Position numbers and translations under genes: made by a program. The notes under the pieces were generated by a model, which saw only the letters and a program-made list of their open reading frames with translations, did not search any database and had not been told where the DNA came from. This document shows positions 29,752 through 41,328 of a DNA stretch of 64,000 bases, piece by piece. Each line of letters starts with the position of its first letter. Position 1 is the first letter of the stretch. Source of the stretch: OCS116 cluster bacterium AG-390-I16 (GTDB taxonomy: Bacteria; Pseudomonadota; Alphaproteobacteria; MED-G09); the NCBI GenBank assembly GCA_003279705.1, contig QCGZ01000005.1, forward strand, positions 304 through 64,303. The letters are read 5' to 3'.

Positions 29752-31086
29752 TTACTCCTCAAATAATTTATTTTTTATTATTTTTAGAACATTATCATAA
29801 GGTATTATTTGATTGTTACCTTCTCTTCTAAATCTTATTTCAACATTGCCGTTTTCTAACTCTCTTGGCCCAACAACCAATGTAACTGGAAAACCAATTA
29901 GATCAGAGTCAGAAAACTTTTTTCCTGCACTTTCGTCTCTATCATCGACAATAGAATCAATATCATTTTTTTCAAGGTCGTTATGAATTTCAATGCATTT
30001 ATCCATACATTTATCATCTTTATTTTTTAAATTAATAATATTTACCAAGAAAGGTGCAACTGATATCGGCCATATAATACCCTTTTCATCATTAGATGTT
30101 TCTATAATTGCAGCAATCAGCCTTGATACCCCAATTCCATAAGACCCCATGTAAACATTCGACATTTTTCCGTCATTTCCGATAATTGAAGCCTTCATTG
30201 GATCAGAATATTTATCGCCAAAAGAAAAAATATGACCAACCTCAATACCCCTTCCGGTAACCTGATTATCTTTTGAAACAAGGTTATTAAATTTTTTAAC
30301 ATCATGCTTATCATCAGTAGCAGAATAAAAATTTAAATAATTTTCAACAACATCTATAATTTTATCATTAGAACTATATATATTTTCATCAATACATATT
30401 TCTAATAAATTTTTATCACAAAAGATTTCCGACTCACCAGTATCTGCAACTATAGAAAATTCATGACTTAGGTTTCCGCCAATTGGTCCACTATCTGCTG
30501 AAACAGGAATGGCATTAAGCCCCAACCTCTCAAAAGTTCTTAAATAAGCAATGAACATTTTATAGTAAGAAAGTTTTGCCTCTTCTTGGTTAAGATCAAA
30601 AGAATAAGCATCCTTCATAAGAAATTCTCTTCCTCTCATAACTCCAAACCTTGGTCTAACCTCATCACGAAATTTCCACTGAATGTGAAAAAGATTCAAT
30701 GGTAATGATTTATATGATTTAATATATTTCCTAAAAATCTCTGTAACCTGTTCCTCATTTGTAGGACCATATATTAATGTTCTGTTATGACGATCATTAA
30801 TTCTTAACATTTCATCACCATAACTATCGTATCTTCCTGACTCGCTCCAAAGTTCAGAAGATTGGAGAGTTGGCATCAAGATTTCTATTGCTCCTGCTCT
30901 TTCCTGTTCATCTCTAACGATTGTTTCAATTTTCTTAAGTACCTTTAAGCCAATTGGAAGCCATGAGTAAATTCCACTACTTTCCTGCTTAATCATACCA
31001 GACCTTATCATTAACTGATGTGATGGAATTTTAGCATCGATGGGTTTTTCTTTTTGAGTGGGAATAAAGTAATTTGACCAAAGCAT
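29752..31086 (-). CDS. proS: prolyl-tRNA synthetase (short form without the large inserted editing domain)
   Basis: 444 aa. Class II motif region FRDEVRPRFGVMRGREFLMKDAYSF. Confidence 0.92.
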   Translation of the reverse strand: MLWSNYFIPTQKEKPIDAKIPSHQLMIRSGMIKQESSGIYSWLPIGLKVLKKIETIVRDEQERAGAIEILMPTLQSSELWSESGRYDSYGDEMLRINDRHNRTLIYGPTNEEQVTEIFRKYIKSYKSLPLNLFHIQWKFRDEVRPRFGVMRGREFLMKDAYSFDLNQEEAKLSYYKMFIAYLRTFERLGLNAIPVSADSGPIGGNLSHEFSIVADTGESEIFCDKNLLEICIDENIYSSNDKIIDVVENYLNFYSATDDKHDVKKFNNLVSKDNQVTGRGIEVGHIFSFGDKYSDPMKASIIGNDGKMSNVYMGSYGIGVSRLIAAIIETSNDEKGIIWPISVAPFLVNIINLKNKDDKCMDKCIEIHNDLEKNDIDSIVDDRDESAGKKFSDSDLIGFPVTLVVGPRELENGNVEIRFRREGNNQIIPYDNVLKIIKNKLFEE

Positions 31087-31173
31087 TTACAGGATCTCGA
31101 AATAAATTATTAACACCTTAACCATAAACTTTTTAATCAAGACTAACAACTATATCTGAAAGTTTGTAAATTA

Positions 31174-31581
31174 TTATTTGAGTGTTTCCATTAACTCCAC
31201 TAAAACACCATTAGAATTTTTTGGATGAACAAAAATAATTAACGTTCCATGGGCGCCTATTCTTGGTTCATTTAAGACTTTTGCACCTTTATCTTCCATG
31301 TATTTTTTAGCTTCATGAATATCCTCTACCTCAAAACAAATATGATGCTGACCACCTTTTGGATTTTTTTCTAAAAAATTATTTATTGGGGAGTTATCAC
31401 CAAGAGGTTCAATAAGTTCTATCTGGCTATTAGGTAAATTTACAAAACAATATCTTACACCTTGATCTATCATTTCTCCTGGCTCAGTAATATCTGTAAC
31501 ACCATATAAATTTTTATAAGTATTTACAGCTTCTTCTATAGATGGAACAGCTACACCTACATGATTTAAAGGTCCAATCAT
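31174..31581 (-). CDS. mce: methylmalonyl-CoA epimerase (VOC/glyoxalase-fold)
   Basis: 135 aa. Motifs LNHVGVAV and GGQHHICFEV. Conserved position next to the RNase J gene in alphaproteobacteria. Confidence 0.8.
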   Translation of the reverse strand: MIGPLNHVGVAVPSIEEAVNTYKNLYGVTDITEPGEMIDQGVRYCFVNLPNSQIELIEPLGDNSPINNFLEKNPKGGQHHICFEVEDIHEAKKYMEDKGAKVLNEPRIGAHGTLIIFVHPKNSNGVLVELMETLK

Positions 31582-31600
31582 TATTCTCTCCTCAAATAAA

Positions 31601-33235
31601 CTAGTGAAAAATTACTTCAACTTTTGGTTTTTTTCCCCAAACTTCTCTAATTTGTCTAATTACAGCATTTTTTATCTTGCTTTCAAGGTTACCTGATTTA
31701 TTTTTTGAAGAAATTACATTATCTAAAGCTTGATTAACCCAATCAGATAACTTGATTCCCTCTTCATCAAACTCAGGTAAACCAATCATTTTTATTTTTG
31801 GTTTACTTTTAATTTTATTATTTTGCAAAACTATACTTATGACAATTAAACCTGTAAAAGAAATTTTACTCCTTTCATTAGAAGGTGACTCGTAATCATA
31901 AATAATTATTTTTCCATCTTTATAAAGCCTTCCACTTTCTACCTGATGATGAATAGAAACATCTTTATTTGAAATTTTAACAACAGTTCCATTCTCTATT
32001 ACTAAGGAATTTTTTATACCATTATTTTTTGCTAAATTGGCATTTGCAACTAAATGACGAAACTCACCATGCACTGGTATAATAGATTTAGGCTGAATTA
32101 AATTATACATTTCTATAAGCTCATCTTGGCAAGGGTGGCCGGAAACGTGAACAAATTCATCTTTCCCTGTAATAATCTTTATATCTTTTTTAGCAAATTG
32201 GTTTTGAAGATTTATTATTCCAGCTTCATTACCAGGAATAATTTTGGATGAAAATATAACTGTATCACCCTTTTCAGCAACTATATGTTGATGTTCATCT
32301 CTAGCAATTTTCGATAAGGCAGCACGATACTCACCTTGACTTCCAGTACATAAAATAAGTGTTTTTTCAGCTGGTAAATAACCTGCATTCTCCTCATCAA
32401 CAAAATCAGGTAAACCCCCGAGTAATCCAACTGATTTTGCAGCGTTTACAATTCTATGCATACCTCTTCCTGATAAGACGACATGTCTGTCGTGTTTAGC
32501 AGCTGCTTCAGCAACAGAACATAGTCTTGCAACATTTGAAGCAAATGTACTTAAAAATATTCTTCCTTCAATTTTACCAATTATTTCTTCCAGCGAATTC
32601 TTAACACTAAGCTCAGATCCTGAAATTCCTGGCGTCATTGCATTTGTAGAGTCACATACCAGAGCATCTATTTCTATATCTTCAAAATCTAATAATTTTT
32701 CTTTATTAAACCCATCACCAATAATAGGATCTTTGTCAATTTTCCAGTCACCAGTGTGAAAAATATTTGCAGAGGGGGATTTAATAAGTAATGCATTCAT
32801 TTCAGGTATAGAATGAGTAAGGCCAATTGCCTTAACTTGAAAATTACCAATATTAATTATTTCACCATCATTATGGATTATAATTTTATTAGTGTAATCA
32901 ATATTATATTCATCAAACTTCTCCATCAAAAGAGCTGCAGTAAATTCAGTGGTATATATAGGGCATTTAAAAAATGGCCAAATAAATGGCATTGCGCCAA
33001 TATGATCTTCATGTGCATGGGTTAAAATAATCCCCATTAACTTTTCTTTTTGAGAGGCAATAAATGTTGGATCAGGCATTTGCAAATCAATTCCTGGAAG
33101 ACCTGCCTGAGAGAAAGTAACTCCGCAATCTACCATAAACCATTCGATATCCTTACCTTCACCATAACCATAAAGGTTAAGGTTCATGCCAATTTCACCT
33201 GTACCGCCAAGGGGAAGAAAATATGTATTTTTCAT
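31601..33235 (-). CDS. rnj: ribonuclease J (metallo-beta-lactamase/beta-CASP family)
   Basis: 544 aa. Motif THAHEDHIGA and later beta-CASP motifs. Confidence 0.85.
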   Translation of the reverse strand: MKNTYFLPLGGTGEIGMNLNLYGYGEGKDIEWFMVDCGVTFSQAGLPGIDLQMPDPTFIASQKEKLMGIILTHAHEDHIGAMPFIWPFFKCPIYTTEFTAALLMEKFDEYNIDYTNKIIIHNDGEIINIGNFQVKAIGLTHSIPEMNALLIKSPSANIFHTGDWKIDKDPIIGDGFNKEKLLDFEDIEIDALVCDSTNAMTPGISGSELSVKNSLEEIIGKIEGRIFLSTFASNVARLCSVAEAAAKHDRHVVLSGRGMHRIVNAAKSVGLLGGLPDFVDEENAGYLPAEKTLILCTGSQGEYRAALSKIARDEHQHIVAEKGDTVIFSSKIIPGNEAGIINLQNQFAKKDIKIITGKDEFVHVSGHPCQDELIEMYNLIQPKSIIPVHGEFRHLVANANLAKNNGIKNSLVIENGTVVKISNKDVSIHHQVESGRLYKDGKIIIYDYESPSNERSKISFTGLIVISIVLQNNKIKSKPKIKMIGLPEFDEEGIKLSDWVNQALDNVISSKNKSGNLESKIKNAVIRQIREVWGKKPKVEVIFH

Positions 33236-33994
33236 TTATAAACCTTCAAATATCTCTGCTGCATAAAATATTTTTTCATTATTTTTAGTTTCTAAAATAA
33301 GTCCCCCTTCACTATCAATTGAAGAAAAAATTCCTTTTTCTTTTTTGCCGTTTGGTAACGTTACAGATATTTCTTTTTTTAATAAAAATGCCTTTTCAGT
33401 CCATTGTTCTAAAATAGCTCCATAATTCAATCCATTGTTCCAAAAATTAATTTTGTTAATAATATTCTTATTCAACTCAAATAAAAATTCATCAGGATTA
33501 ATCTTTATATTTGTTTCTTCGAAAATATTACATGATGGAAAAGTAGTTTCTGAGGGAGATTTTATTAAATTTATCCCAATACCTATTGCTACTATATGTT
33601 TGTTCTCTTTTTTAGAGGAAATATTTTCAATTAACACCCCACCACATTTTGATTTATTTAATATCAAGTCATTTGGCCATTTAAGTTGAATGATTTTTTC
33701 ATTATTTTTAGATATAAATTTTTGAATAGTTTCATAGATTGCAAGAGCACTTACAAAAGCAAGCTGTGGTAAAAATTTTCTTTCTAAATTAATCTCAATG
33801 ACATAGGTTCCCATAAAATTTCCAACTAGTGAGTCCCAATATCTATTTTTTCTTCCTTTACCAGCAGTTTGCTTTTCAGCAACTATCCAGTATGGAAAGG
33901 ATTTTTTTTTATCTAGTAACCTAACTGCCTCGTTATTGGTACTATCAATTTCTTTATATTTTATAACATTAGAGTTTAATTTATAATTGTTCAT
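33236..33994 (-). CDS. birA: biotin--[acetyl-CoA-carboxylase] ligase (no N-terminal HTH domain)
   Basis: 252 aa. Motif QTAGKGRKNRYWDS. Confidence 0.85.
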   Translation of the reverse strand: MNNYKLNSNVIKYKEIDSTNNEAVRLLDKKKSFPYWIVAEKQTAGKGRKNRYWDSLVGNFMGTYVIEINLERKFLPQLAFVSALAIYETIQKFISKNNEKIIQLKWPNDLILNKSKCGGVLIENISSKKENKHIVAIGIGINLIKSPSETTFPSCNIFEETNIKINPDEFLFELNKNIINKINFWNNGLNYGAILEQWTEKAFLLKKEISVTLPNGKKEKGIFSSIDSEGGLILETKNNEKIFYAAEIFEGL

Positions 33995-35448
33995 TAATTA
34001 CCCAAGGCGATTGCTGCATTTTTAGTTAATTCAGTAATTGGAGCAATTGTTATAATAAATATAAAAAATACTATAAAAATAATACATACTATATTTGTAA
34101 AACTTAAACTTTTTGAAAGTGATTTTGTTATTATAGTTTTTGGCTCGTCAAAGTACATTAACTTTATAATTCTAATATAGTAAAAAGCACCCACTACACT
34201 AAGCAATAAGCCAAATATTGATAAAAATATCAACCCACTTTCAATAGCAGATCTAAATATAAAATATTTAGCAAAGAAACCTCCTAATGGCGGTATTCCT
34301 GCATAAGAAAACATAAACATTGCCATTGTAAAAGCAGTAAATGGGAATTTTTTGGAGATTCCTGATAAATCATTAATTTCATTTATGGACTCACCTTCGC
34401 TTATTTCAAGGCTTATAATACAAGAAAAAACACCTAGCGTAGTTGCTAGATAAATAAGCATATAAATTAATAACGATTGAACTCCATCAAAGTTTGGAAA
34501 AGATAGAAGACCAATTAAAGCAAAGCCCATATGAGCAATAGAGCTATACGCTAGCAATCTTTTAATATTAGTTTGTCTAATTGCTGAAAAAGTACCCAAG
34601 GCAATAGAGGCCATAGATACAAAAAATACTATTTGATACCAGGATTCTTGCATTCCTGATAATGGACCATAAAGAATATTTATTAACATGCATAGCGCTG
34701 TTAGTTTTGGAGCTGTAGCAAAAAATGCAGTCACAGGTGTTGCAGATCCTTGATAAACATCTGGAGTCCACATATGAAAGGGAACAGCAGAAATTTTGAA
34801 AATCAGTCCAGAAAGAATAAAAACTAAACCAATTATTATCGCTGTATTTGTTTCTAAAGCTTGGATATTATTATAAATACCATCAAACTCAATTGAACCA
34901 GAAAATCCATAAACTAAAGATGATCCAAACAAAAATAAAGATGAAGACAAGGCACCTAAAACAAAATATTTTACTCCAGCCTCACTTGACTCAGCATTAT
35001 CCCTTTTAAATGAAGCTAAAACATAAAGTGGTAAACTTTGGAGCTCTATGGCCAAATAAAGAGTAATTAGATCATTAGCTGAGACCATAAGAGACATGCC
35101 AAGAACTGAAAAAAGTATTAAAATTGGGTATTCAAAAGCTTTATCATCATATTTTATCAACCATCTTGCAGATAATATAATTGCAAAGGAGGATGAAAAA
35201 TAAATCATAGCCTTAACTAACCTTGTAAATCCATTCTGAGTAATGGAATTATTAAAAATATTTACCGAATTCCATGGAATTAATATCTCAAGAAAAGATA
35301 GGAAAATTAAAATTATAAAAGAAAAATAAATAACAATTTTAGCACTATTTTTCTTTTTAAAAGCCCCAAGCATTAATAAAATTAATGCTGTTAAGATAAG
35401 AATGATTTCGGAACTCAAAAAGATTATATTTTCAAATATTAAATTCAC
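33994..35448 (-). CDS. nuoN: NADH-quinone oxidoreductase subunit N
   Basis: 484 aa. Polytopic antiporter-like subunit, last gene of the nuo operon. Confidence 0.9.
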   Translation of the reverse strand: MNLIFENIIFLSSEIILILTALILLMLGAFKKKNSAKIVIYFSFIILIFLSFLEILIPWNSVNIFNNSITQNGFTRLVKAMIYFSSSFAIILSARWLIKYDDKAFEYPILILFSVLGMSLMVSANDLITLYLAIELQSLPLYVLASFKRDNAESSEAGVKYFVLGALSSSLFLFGSSLVYGFSGSIEFDGIYNNIQALETNTAIIIGLVFILSGLIFKISAVPFHMWTPDVYQGSATPVTAFFATAPKLTALCMLINILYGPLSGMQESWYQIVFFVSMASIALGTFSAIRQTNIKRLLAYSSIAHMGFALIGLLSFPNFDGVQSLLIYMLIYLATTLGVFSCIISLEISEGESINEINDLSGISKKFPFTAFTMAMFMFSYAGIPPLGGFFAKYFIFRSAIESGLIFLSIFGLLLSVVGAFYYIRIIKLMYFDEPKTIITKSLSKSLSFTNIVCIIFIVFFIFIITIAPITELTKNAAIALGN

Positions 35449-36959
35449 TTTTTTAGCTCCAAGGATAGATTATCATTAAGGGTAAGGTTTAAAATATCCA
35501 CCAAATTTTCTGAGGATGAGGAAATTAAATTAATAATAGGAGATGGGTAAAGCCCAAAAAATATAACTAAAAAAGCCAATGGAATTAAAATTAATTTTTC
35601 TCTATTATTTAAGTCCTTTAAGATTTCGATTGCTTCATTAGTAATTTGACCAAAAAACATATTTTTATATAAAAATAATCCATAAACTGCTGATAATATG
35701 ACTCCCGAGGCTGCTAATACTGCAGCTATCACAGAGACTTTAAAAGTAGCGATTATTGTTAAAAATTCACCAATAAAACCACTGGTTCCTGGTAATGCAA
35801 TATTTGCCATTGTAAATAACATAAAAAAAACAGCAAAATGAGGCATATTCGATACCAAGCCACCATAATCACTAATTAGTCTTGTATGCAATCTTTCATA
35901 GACAATGCCAATGCACATAAATAGAGCAGCAGAAATGAGCCCATGAGAAAACATCTGAAAAACTGCTCCTTGTATTCCTTGAGAATTAAAAGTGAAAATA
36001 CCTAAGGTAACAAAACCCATATGAGCTACCGAAGAATAAGCAATTAATTTTTTCATATCAGTTTGAACAAATGCAACAAGTGATGTGTAAATAATTGCAA
36101 CAATACTTAAAATAAAAATTAAAGGAGCAAAAAATAAACTTGCATCAGGGAAAAATGGTAAAGAAAACCTTAAAAAGCCATAGCCACCCATTTTTAATAA
36201 AATTGCCGCTAAAATAACAGAGCCTGCAGTGGGTGCCTCGACATGGGCATCAGGAAGCCAAGTATGAACAGGCCACATAGGCAATTTAACCGCAAAAGAT
36301 GAGAAGAACGCAAGCCATAAAATATTTTGAGTGGAGATATTTATATTTAATCTTTCATTGATTAATAAAATCTCTGTACTACCAGTATTAATGTACAAGT
36401 AAATTATTGCTGCGAGCATTAGAATTGACCCTAACAATGTGTATAAAAAGAATTTAAATGCTGAATATACTTTTCTTTGACCGCCCCAAACTCCAATAAT
36501 TATAAACATTGGAATTAAAACACTCTCAAAAAATAAATAAAAAAGTATTATATCTAATGATGAAAATGTTCCTATTATCAGTGTCTCAAGAACAAGAAAT
36601 GCTATCATATAGCTTTCCACCCTATCTTTAATTGAATCCCAACTTATAAGTATGCAAAAAGGAATTAAGAAAGTTGTTAAAATAATAAAAACTAAAGAAA
36701 ATCCGTCTACCCCAAGTTGATAAGTCATCAAACCATCAGCTATTACAATTCTCTCAACGAACTGAAAGGATGGATCTGAAGTATCAAACCCAATTAAAAG
36801 AAGAAGAGAAATTAAAAAAGTTATTAAAGATGTCCATAGGGCAACTGATTTAGAATTTCGTTCAGAGGATGTATTATTATTTTGAGGGATTAGTAAAATA
36901 AACAAAGCCCCAACCAATGGAAGAAAAGTTATTATCGATAATAAATTCCAATTATCCAT
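35445..36959 (-). CDS. nuoM: NADH-quinone oxidoreductase subunit M
   Basis: 504 aa. Antiporter-like subunit; ATGA-type overlap with nuoN. Confidence 0.92.
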   Translation of the reverse strand: MDNWNLLSIITFLPLVGALFILLIPQNNNTSSERNSKSVALWTSLITFLISLLLLIGFDTSDPSFQFVERIVIADGLMTYQLGVDGFSLVFIILTTFLIPFCILISWDSIKDRVESYMIAFLVLETLIIGTFSSLDIILFYLFFESVLIPMFIIIGVWGGQRKVYSAFKFFLYTLLGSILMLAAIIYLYINTGSTEILLINERLNINISTQNILWLAFFSSFAVKLPMWPVHTWLPDAHVEAPTAGSVILAAILLKMGGYGFLRFSLPFFPDASLFFAPLIFILSIVAIIYTSLVAFVQTDMKKLIAYSSVAHMGFVTLGIFTFNSQGIQGAVFQMFSHGLISAALFMCIGIVYERLHTRLISDYGGLVSNMPHFAVFFMLFTMANIALPGTSGFIGEFLTIIATFKVSVIAAVLAASGVILSAVYGLFLYKNMFFGQITNEAIEILKDLNNREKLILIPLAFLVIFFGLYPSPIINLISSSSENLVDILNLTLNDNLSLELKK

Positions 36960-36962
36960 TAT

Positions 36963-38891
36963 TTAAACTCTTACAAAAAAATAAGTAATAAAAAGCATCA
37001 AGCCTATCAACATTGCAAACGCATAATGATAAATATATCCGGTTTGAATCCTTGATACTTGTTTAGCAATATCCATGACTCTTAAGGAAATTCCATCAGG
37101 TCCTAATCCATCAATAACTCTTTTATCACCAAAATTAGATAAAAAATTACCAATTCTTGAAATATTTCTGACGAAAATTAATTCATAAAGTTCATCGAAG
37201 TACCATTTATTTAATAAGAATTTATAAAGTGGATTAAATTTGTTTGATAAAATTTTTGGAATGTTTGGATAGATAAGATAAAAAATAATGGCAGTTATTA
37301 AGCCCAAAACCATCATTACAAGCGGAGAGTACTTAACCCATTTTGGAACATAATGAATTGACTCAATAACATGGTTACTTTCAGATAAGTAAATAGCAGT
37401 TTGCCATAAAAATTGATAATCATGAGACATGAAATAATCCACGAAGTAAATTCCTGAAAAAATTGTTAGTATTGAAAGAACCATTAATGGAAATAACATA
37501 ACTTTTGGACTTTCATGAATTTTTGAAAAAATTTCTGTGGAAATATTACTCTTTCCATTAAATGTTAAAAATATAAGTCGCCAAGAATAAAAACTAGTTA
37601 GGAGAGCTGAAAATACTAACAAATAGAAAGCATAAAAATGACCTTCAGTTTGAGAAACAAATGCTGCTTCAATAATTCCATCTTTAGAATAGTAACCAGA
37701 TAATAAAGGAGCCCCCGTTAGTCCAAGTGTACCAATAAGCATTACTATCCATGTAAAAGGTATGAGCTTATATAGTCCTCCCATTTTTCTTATATCTTGC
37801 TCATCAGATACAGCATGAATAACTGACCCAGACCCAAGAAACAAAAGTGCTTTAAAAAATGCATGAGTAAATAAATGAAAAATTGCAATTTGATAAGCCC
37901 CTGATCCTAAAGCAACAAACATATAGCCAAGCTGAGAACATGTTGAATAAGCTACTATTCTTTTAATATCGTTTTGAACTAGGGCAACTGTTGCAGCAAA
38001 AAATGCAGTTGATGCACCAATATAAGTAATAAAAGATAGAATTGATGGAGACATTTCGAACAATGGTGAGCATCTAGCAACTAAGAAGATGCCTGCTGTA
38101 ACCATTGTTGCAGCATGAATTAATGCTGAAACTGGAGTAGGTCCTTCCATAGCATCAGGGAGCCAAGTATGAAGAAATAGTTGAGCTGATTTGCCCATTG
38201 CACCCATAAATAAGAAAAAACATGCTGTATTCAAAACATTAAAATCAATGTTAAAAATTGAAAAAGTATTTGATGATAATTGTTCATTCATTGAAAAAAT
38301 TATATCAAAATCAAGAGAGCTGGTATAAAAAAATAAAATTGCTAGCCCTATCAGAAAACCAAAATCCCCTACCCTATTAACTACAAAAGCTTTCATTGCA
38401 GCTGAATTTGCTGAGTCTTTTTTATGCCAAAAACCAATCAATAAATAAGAAGCTAATCCAACACCCTCCCATCCGAAAAATAATTGAAGGAAATTATTTG
38501 ATGTAACAAGAATTAGCATTGCAAAAGTAAAGAAAGATAGGTATGCAAAAAATCTAGTTTGGTTAGGATCGTGACTCATATAACCAATTGAATATATATG
38601 AACAAGAGAGGAAACAGATGTAACCACAACTAGCATAACAGAGGTCAATAAATCCAATCTAAGAGACCATTCGGTTATTAAGTCACCTGAACTCAACCAT
38701 TCAAATAGAGGAACAACTATATGATAGCTTCCAGAAAGAGTTAATTTCAAAAAATACAGGGATAAGAAAAAAGGAATAATTATCATCAAACATGACAATG
38801 AGTGACTAAGCATAAGATTTAATTTTTTTCCAAAAAAGCCAACCACTAAAGAACTAAGCAATGGTAAAAATACTATTAAAAATAATGCCAT
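36963..38891 (-). CDS. nuoL: NADH-quinone oxidoreductase subunit L
   Basis: 642 aa. Antiporter-like subunit with a C-terminal lateral-helix extension. Confidence 0.92.
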   Translation of the reverse strand: MALFLIVFLPLLSSLVVGFFGKKLNLMLSHSLSCLMIIIPFFLSLYFLKLTLSGSYHIVVPLFEWLSSGDLITEWSLRLDLLTSVMLVVVTSVSSLVHIYSIGYMSHDPNQTRFFAYLSFFTFAMLILVTSNNFLQLFFGWEGVGLASYLLIGFWHKKDSANSAAMKAFVVNRVGDFGFLIGLAILFFYTSSLDFDIIFSMNEQLSSNTFSIFNIDFNVLNTACFFLFMGAMGKSAQLFLHTWLPDAMEGPTPVSALIHAATMVTAGIFLVARCSPLFEMSPSILSFITYIGASTAFFAATVALVQNDIKRIVAYSTCSQLGYMFVALGSGAYQIAIFHLFTHAFFKALLFLGSGSVIHAVSDEQDIRKMGGLYKLIPFTWIVMLIGTLGLTGAPLLSGYYSKDGIIEAAFVSQTEGHFYAFYLLVFSALLTSFYSWRLIFLTFNGKSNISTEIFSKIHESPKVMLFPLMVLSILTIFSGIYFVDYFMSHDYQFLWQTAIYLSESNHVIESIHYVPKWVKYSPLVMMVLGLITAIIFYLIYPNIPKILSNKFNPLYKFLLNKWYFDELYELIFVRNISRIGNFLSNFGDKRVIDGLGPDGISLRVMDIAKQVSRIQTGYIYHYAFAMLIGLMLFITYFFVRV

Positions 38892-39199
38892 TATCCACTC
38901 ATCTTGTTAATTTGATCGACTTCTATATTTCCGACATTTCTAAAATATACAACTAAAATGGCTAGACCTATTGCGGCCTCTCCTGCTGCAACAGTTAGAA
39001 TAAAAAGTGAAAAAATTTGACCAACGGAATCGTTTAGAAAAGCTGAAAAAGCAACCAAATTTATACTTATACTTAACAAAATAAGTTCTAACGACATTAA
39101 GATTATTATGACATTCTTTCGATTCAAAAAAACACCTACAACACCAATTGTAAAAAGCATTGAGGATAAAATTAAATAATGTCCTAATTCAATTATCAT
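38891..39199 (-). CDS. nuoK: NADH-quinone oxidoreductase subunit K
   Basis: Homologues start M.I.L.HYL, so the M at 39199 ([11 protein letters not shown]) is preferred over the ORF-track start at 39214. Confidence 0.92.
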   Translation of the reverse strand: MIIELGHYLILSSMLFTIGVVGVFLNRKNVIIILMSLELILLSISINLVAFSAFLNDSVGQIFSLFILTVAAGEAAIGLAILVVYFRNVGNIEVDQINKMSG

Positions 39200-39806
39200 T
39201 TTTACCCCTATCACTTAATTTTATATCTACTAGCTCAATGCTCGCTTTGGAGTCTCTATTGATTTGATTGCTAATATTTTGTCTTCTAACATAATCTCTG
39301 TGACGAAGGGTTAGAACTATGGCTCCAATCATTGCTACTAACAAAATAAAACCAGCAAGTTGAAATTGCAGAAAATAATCTGTGTATATTAAGTTCCCAA
39401 GTATTTCGGTATTAGATAAATTACTTATTTGATATTTTCCAATAATTTTAAATTCATTAGAAAAAATTTCTGGAGTATAAATCATTAAGCTAATTTCTAA
39501 AAATAAAATAGCTCCAATAAAAAGACCAAGAGGGAGGAATTTTTTAGTCTCTTTTTTAATATTTTCGATATTAAAGTCTAACATCATAATGACAAATAGA
39601 AATAAAACAGCAACCGCTCCTACATAAACAATAACAAGTATTAATGCTAAAAACTCAGCACCAGCCAAAAGAAAAATACCAGCGGCATTAACAAATGAAA
39701 AAATTAAAAAGAGAACTGAATTAATTGGATCTTTTGAAAATATTACCATCAAAGCAGAAAATATAATTGTTGCTGAGAAAATATAAAAAAGAATTGCTGG
39801 GAACAT
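39189..39806 (-). CDS. nuoJ: NADH-quinone oxidoreductase subunit J
   Basis: 205 aa membrane protein in the nuoI-J-K order. Confidence 0.9.
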   Translation of the reverse strand: MFPAILFYIFSATIIFSALMVIFSKDPINSVLFLIFSFVNAAGIFLLAGAEFLALILVIVYVGAVAVLFLFVIMMLDFNIENIKKETKKFLPLGLFIGAILFLEISLMIYTPEIFSNEFKIIGKYQISNLSNTEILGNLIYTDYFLQFQLAGFILLVAMIGAIVLTLRHRDYVRRQNISNQINRDSKASIELVDIKLSDRGKNDN

Positions 39807-39820
39807 AATTTAAAAAACGC

Positions 39821-40315
39821 CTATCGAAAAGGTGAGTCCCTCTCAATATTCTTTACCAAGGAAACTTCCCATCTATCACCATTGTCCATAAGTTTTTCTT
39901 TGCTATATAAAAGTTCTTCTTTGGTTTCGGTAGCAAACTCAAAGTTTGGCCCCTCAACAATAGCATCAACGGGACAAGCTTCTTGACATAAACCACAATA
40001 AATACACTTAACCATATCAATATCGTATCTAATTGTTTTCCTTACACCATCGTTATCTCTTGGGCCTGCATCTATCGTAATTGCCTGCGCAGGACAGACT
40101 GCTTCGCATAATTTACAGGCTATACAACGCTCTTCACCATTAGGATATCTCCTCAAAGCATGTTCACCCCTAAATCTTGAGGATAATTTACCTTTTTCAA
40201 AAGGATAATTAATAGTCGCCTTTCTTTTGAATATAAAATATTTCATACCAACAAAATAGGCCTTAACAAAATCCCATTGAAGATATGTTTTTAAAAAATT
40301 TATAATAAATTTCAT
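39821..40315 (-). CDS. nuoI: NADH-quinone oxidoreductase subunit I
   Basis: Two 4Fe-4S motifs: [12 protein letters not shown] and [12 protein letters not shown]. Confidence 0.95.
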   Translation of the reverse strand: MKFIINFLKTYLQWDFVKAYFVGMKYFIFKRKATINYPFEKGKLSSRFRGEHALRRYPNGEERCIACKLCEAVCPAQAITIDAGPRDNDGVRKTIRYDIDMVKCIYCGLCQEACPVDAIVEGPNFEFATETKEELLYSKEKLMDNGDRWEVSLVKNIERDSPFR

Positions 40316-40323
40316 CTTGAATC

Positions 40324-41328
40324 CTATGGTGCAATATCAAAAATTAATAAAAAACTTGCAGTTAAAACAACCCAGAATAGAGAAATTGGAAGAAAAACTT
40401 TCCATCCCAATCTCATAAGTTGATCATATCTATATCTAGGAACAAGGGCTTTTACCATTGAAAATAAATAGAAGATAAAAGCAACTTTTAACATAAACCA
40501 AACTACTCCTGGTATAAGGGTAAACGGAACAATATTTAGCGGAGGTAACCAACCTCCAAGAAACAAAATTGTAGTCATAGCGCACATTAAAAAGGTTGCT
40601 GCAAGTTCACCTAAAAAATAAAGCATGAATAATGTTGATGAATATTCTGTTTGATAACCAGCAACTAACTCAGCTTCAGCTTCTGGTAAATCAAAAGGTG
40701 GTCTATTTGTTTCAGCTAGTGCTGAAATAAAGAAAATTACAAACATCGGGAACAAAGGAAAAACAAACCATAAATTTTTCTGAGCGATAACAATATCAGA
40801 TAAATTTAATGAACCAACACATAATAGAACAGTAATAATTACAAACCCAATTGATACCTCATAAGAAACCATTTGAGCAGCAGATCTCATGGCGCCCATA
40901 AAGGGGTATTTTGAATTTGAGGCCCAACCTCCCATCATTATCCCATAAACTCCTAGAGATGAAACAGCAAAAATATATAAAATTCCTACATTAATATCTG
41001 CAACCACCCAATTTTCTGCAAATGGTATTACTGCCCAAGATGATAAGGCAACAAAGCAAGTAACAATTGGCCCTAAGATGAAAATCATTTTATTAGCTTT
41101 TTCAGGAATTATAATCTCTTTAAATAACAACTTTAAAAGATCAGCTGCTGATTGAAGAAGGCCAAAAGGCCCTACAACATTTGGACCTTTTCTCAACTGA
41201 ACAGCGGCCCATATTTTCCTGTCAGCATATATTCCAAAATAAGCCATTAGAAGTACTGCAATCATAACTAACAATGATTGAAGGAAAATAATCAGTAATG
41301 GAACTATATAGCTTATAATAAATGACAT
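40324..41328 (-). CDS. nuoH: NADH-quinone oxidoreductase subunit H
   Basis: 334 aa. Typical ND1-like sequence ([20 protein letters not shown]). Confidence 0.93.
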   Translation of the reverse strand: MSFIISYIVPLLIIFLQSLLVMIAVLLMAYFGIYADRKIWAAVQLRKGPNVVGPFGLLQSAADLLKLLFKEIIIPEKANKMIFILGPIVTCFVALSSWAVIPFAENWVVADINVGILYIFAVSSLGVYGIMMGGWASNSKYPFMGAMRSAAQMVSYEVSIGFVIITVLLCVGSLNLSDIVIAQKNLWFVFPLFPMFVIFFISALAETNRPPFDLPEAEAELVAGYQTEYSSTLFMLYFLGELAATFLMCAMTTILFLGGWLPPLNIVPFTLIPGVVWFMLKVAFIFYLFSMVKALVPRYRYDQLMRLGWKVFLPISLFWVVLTASFLLIFDIAP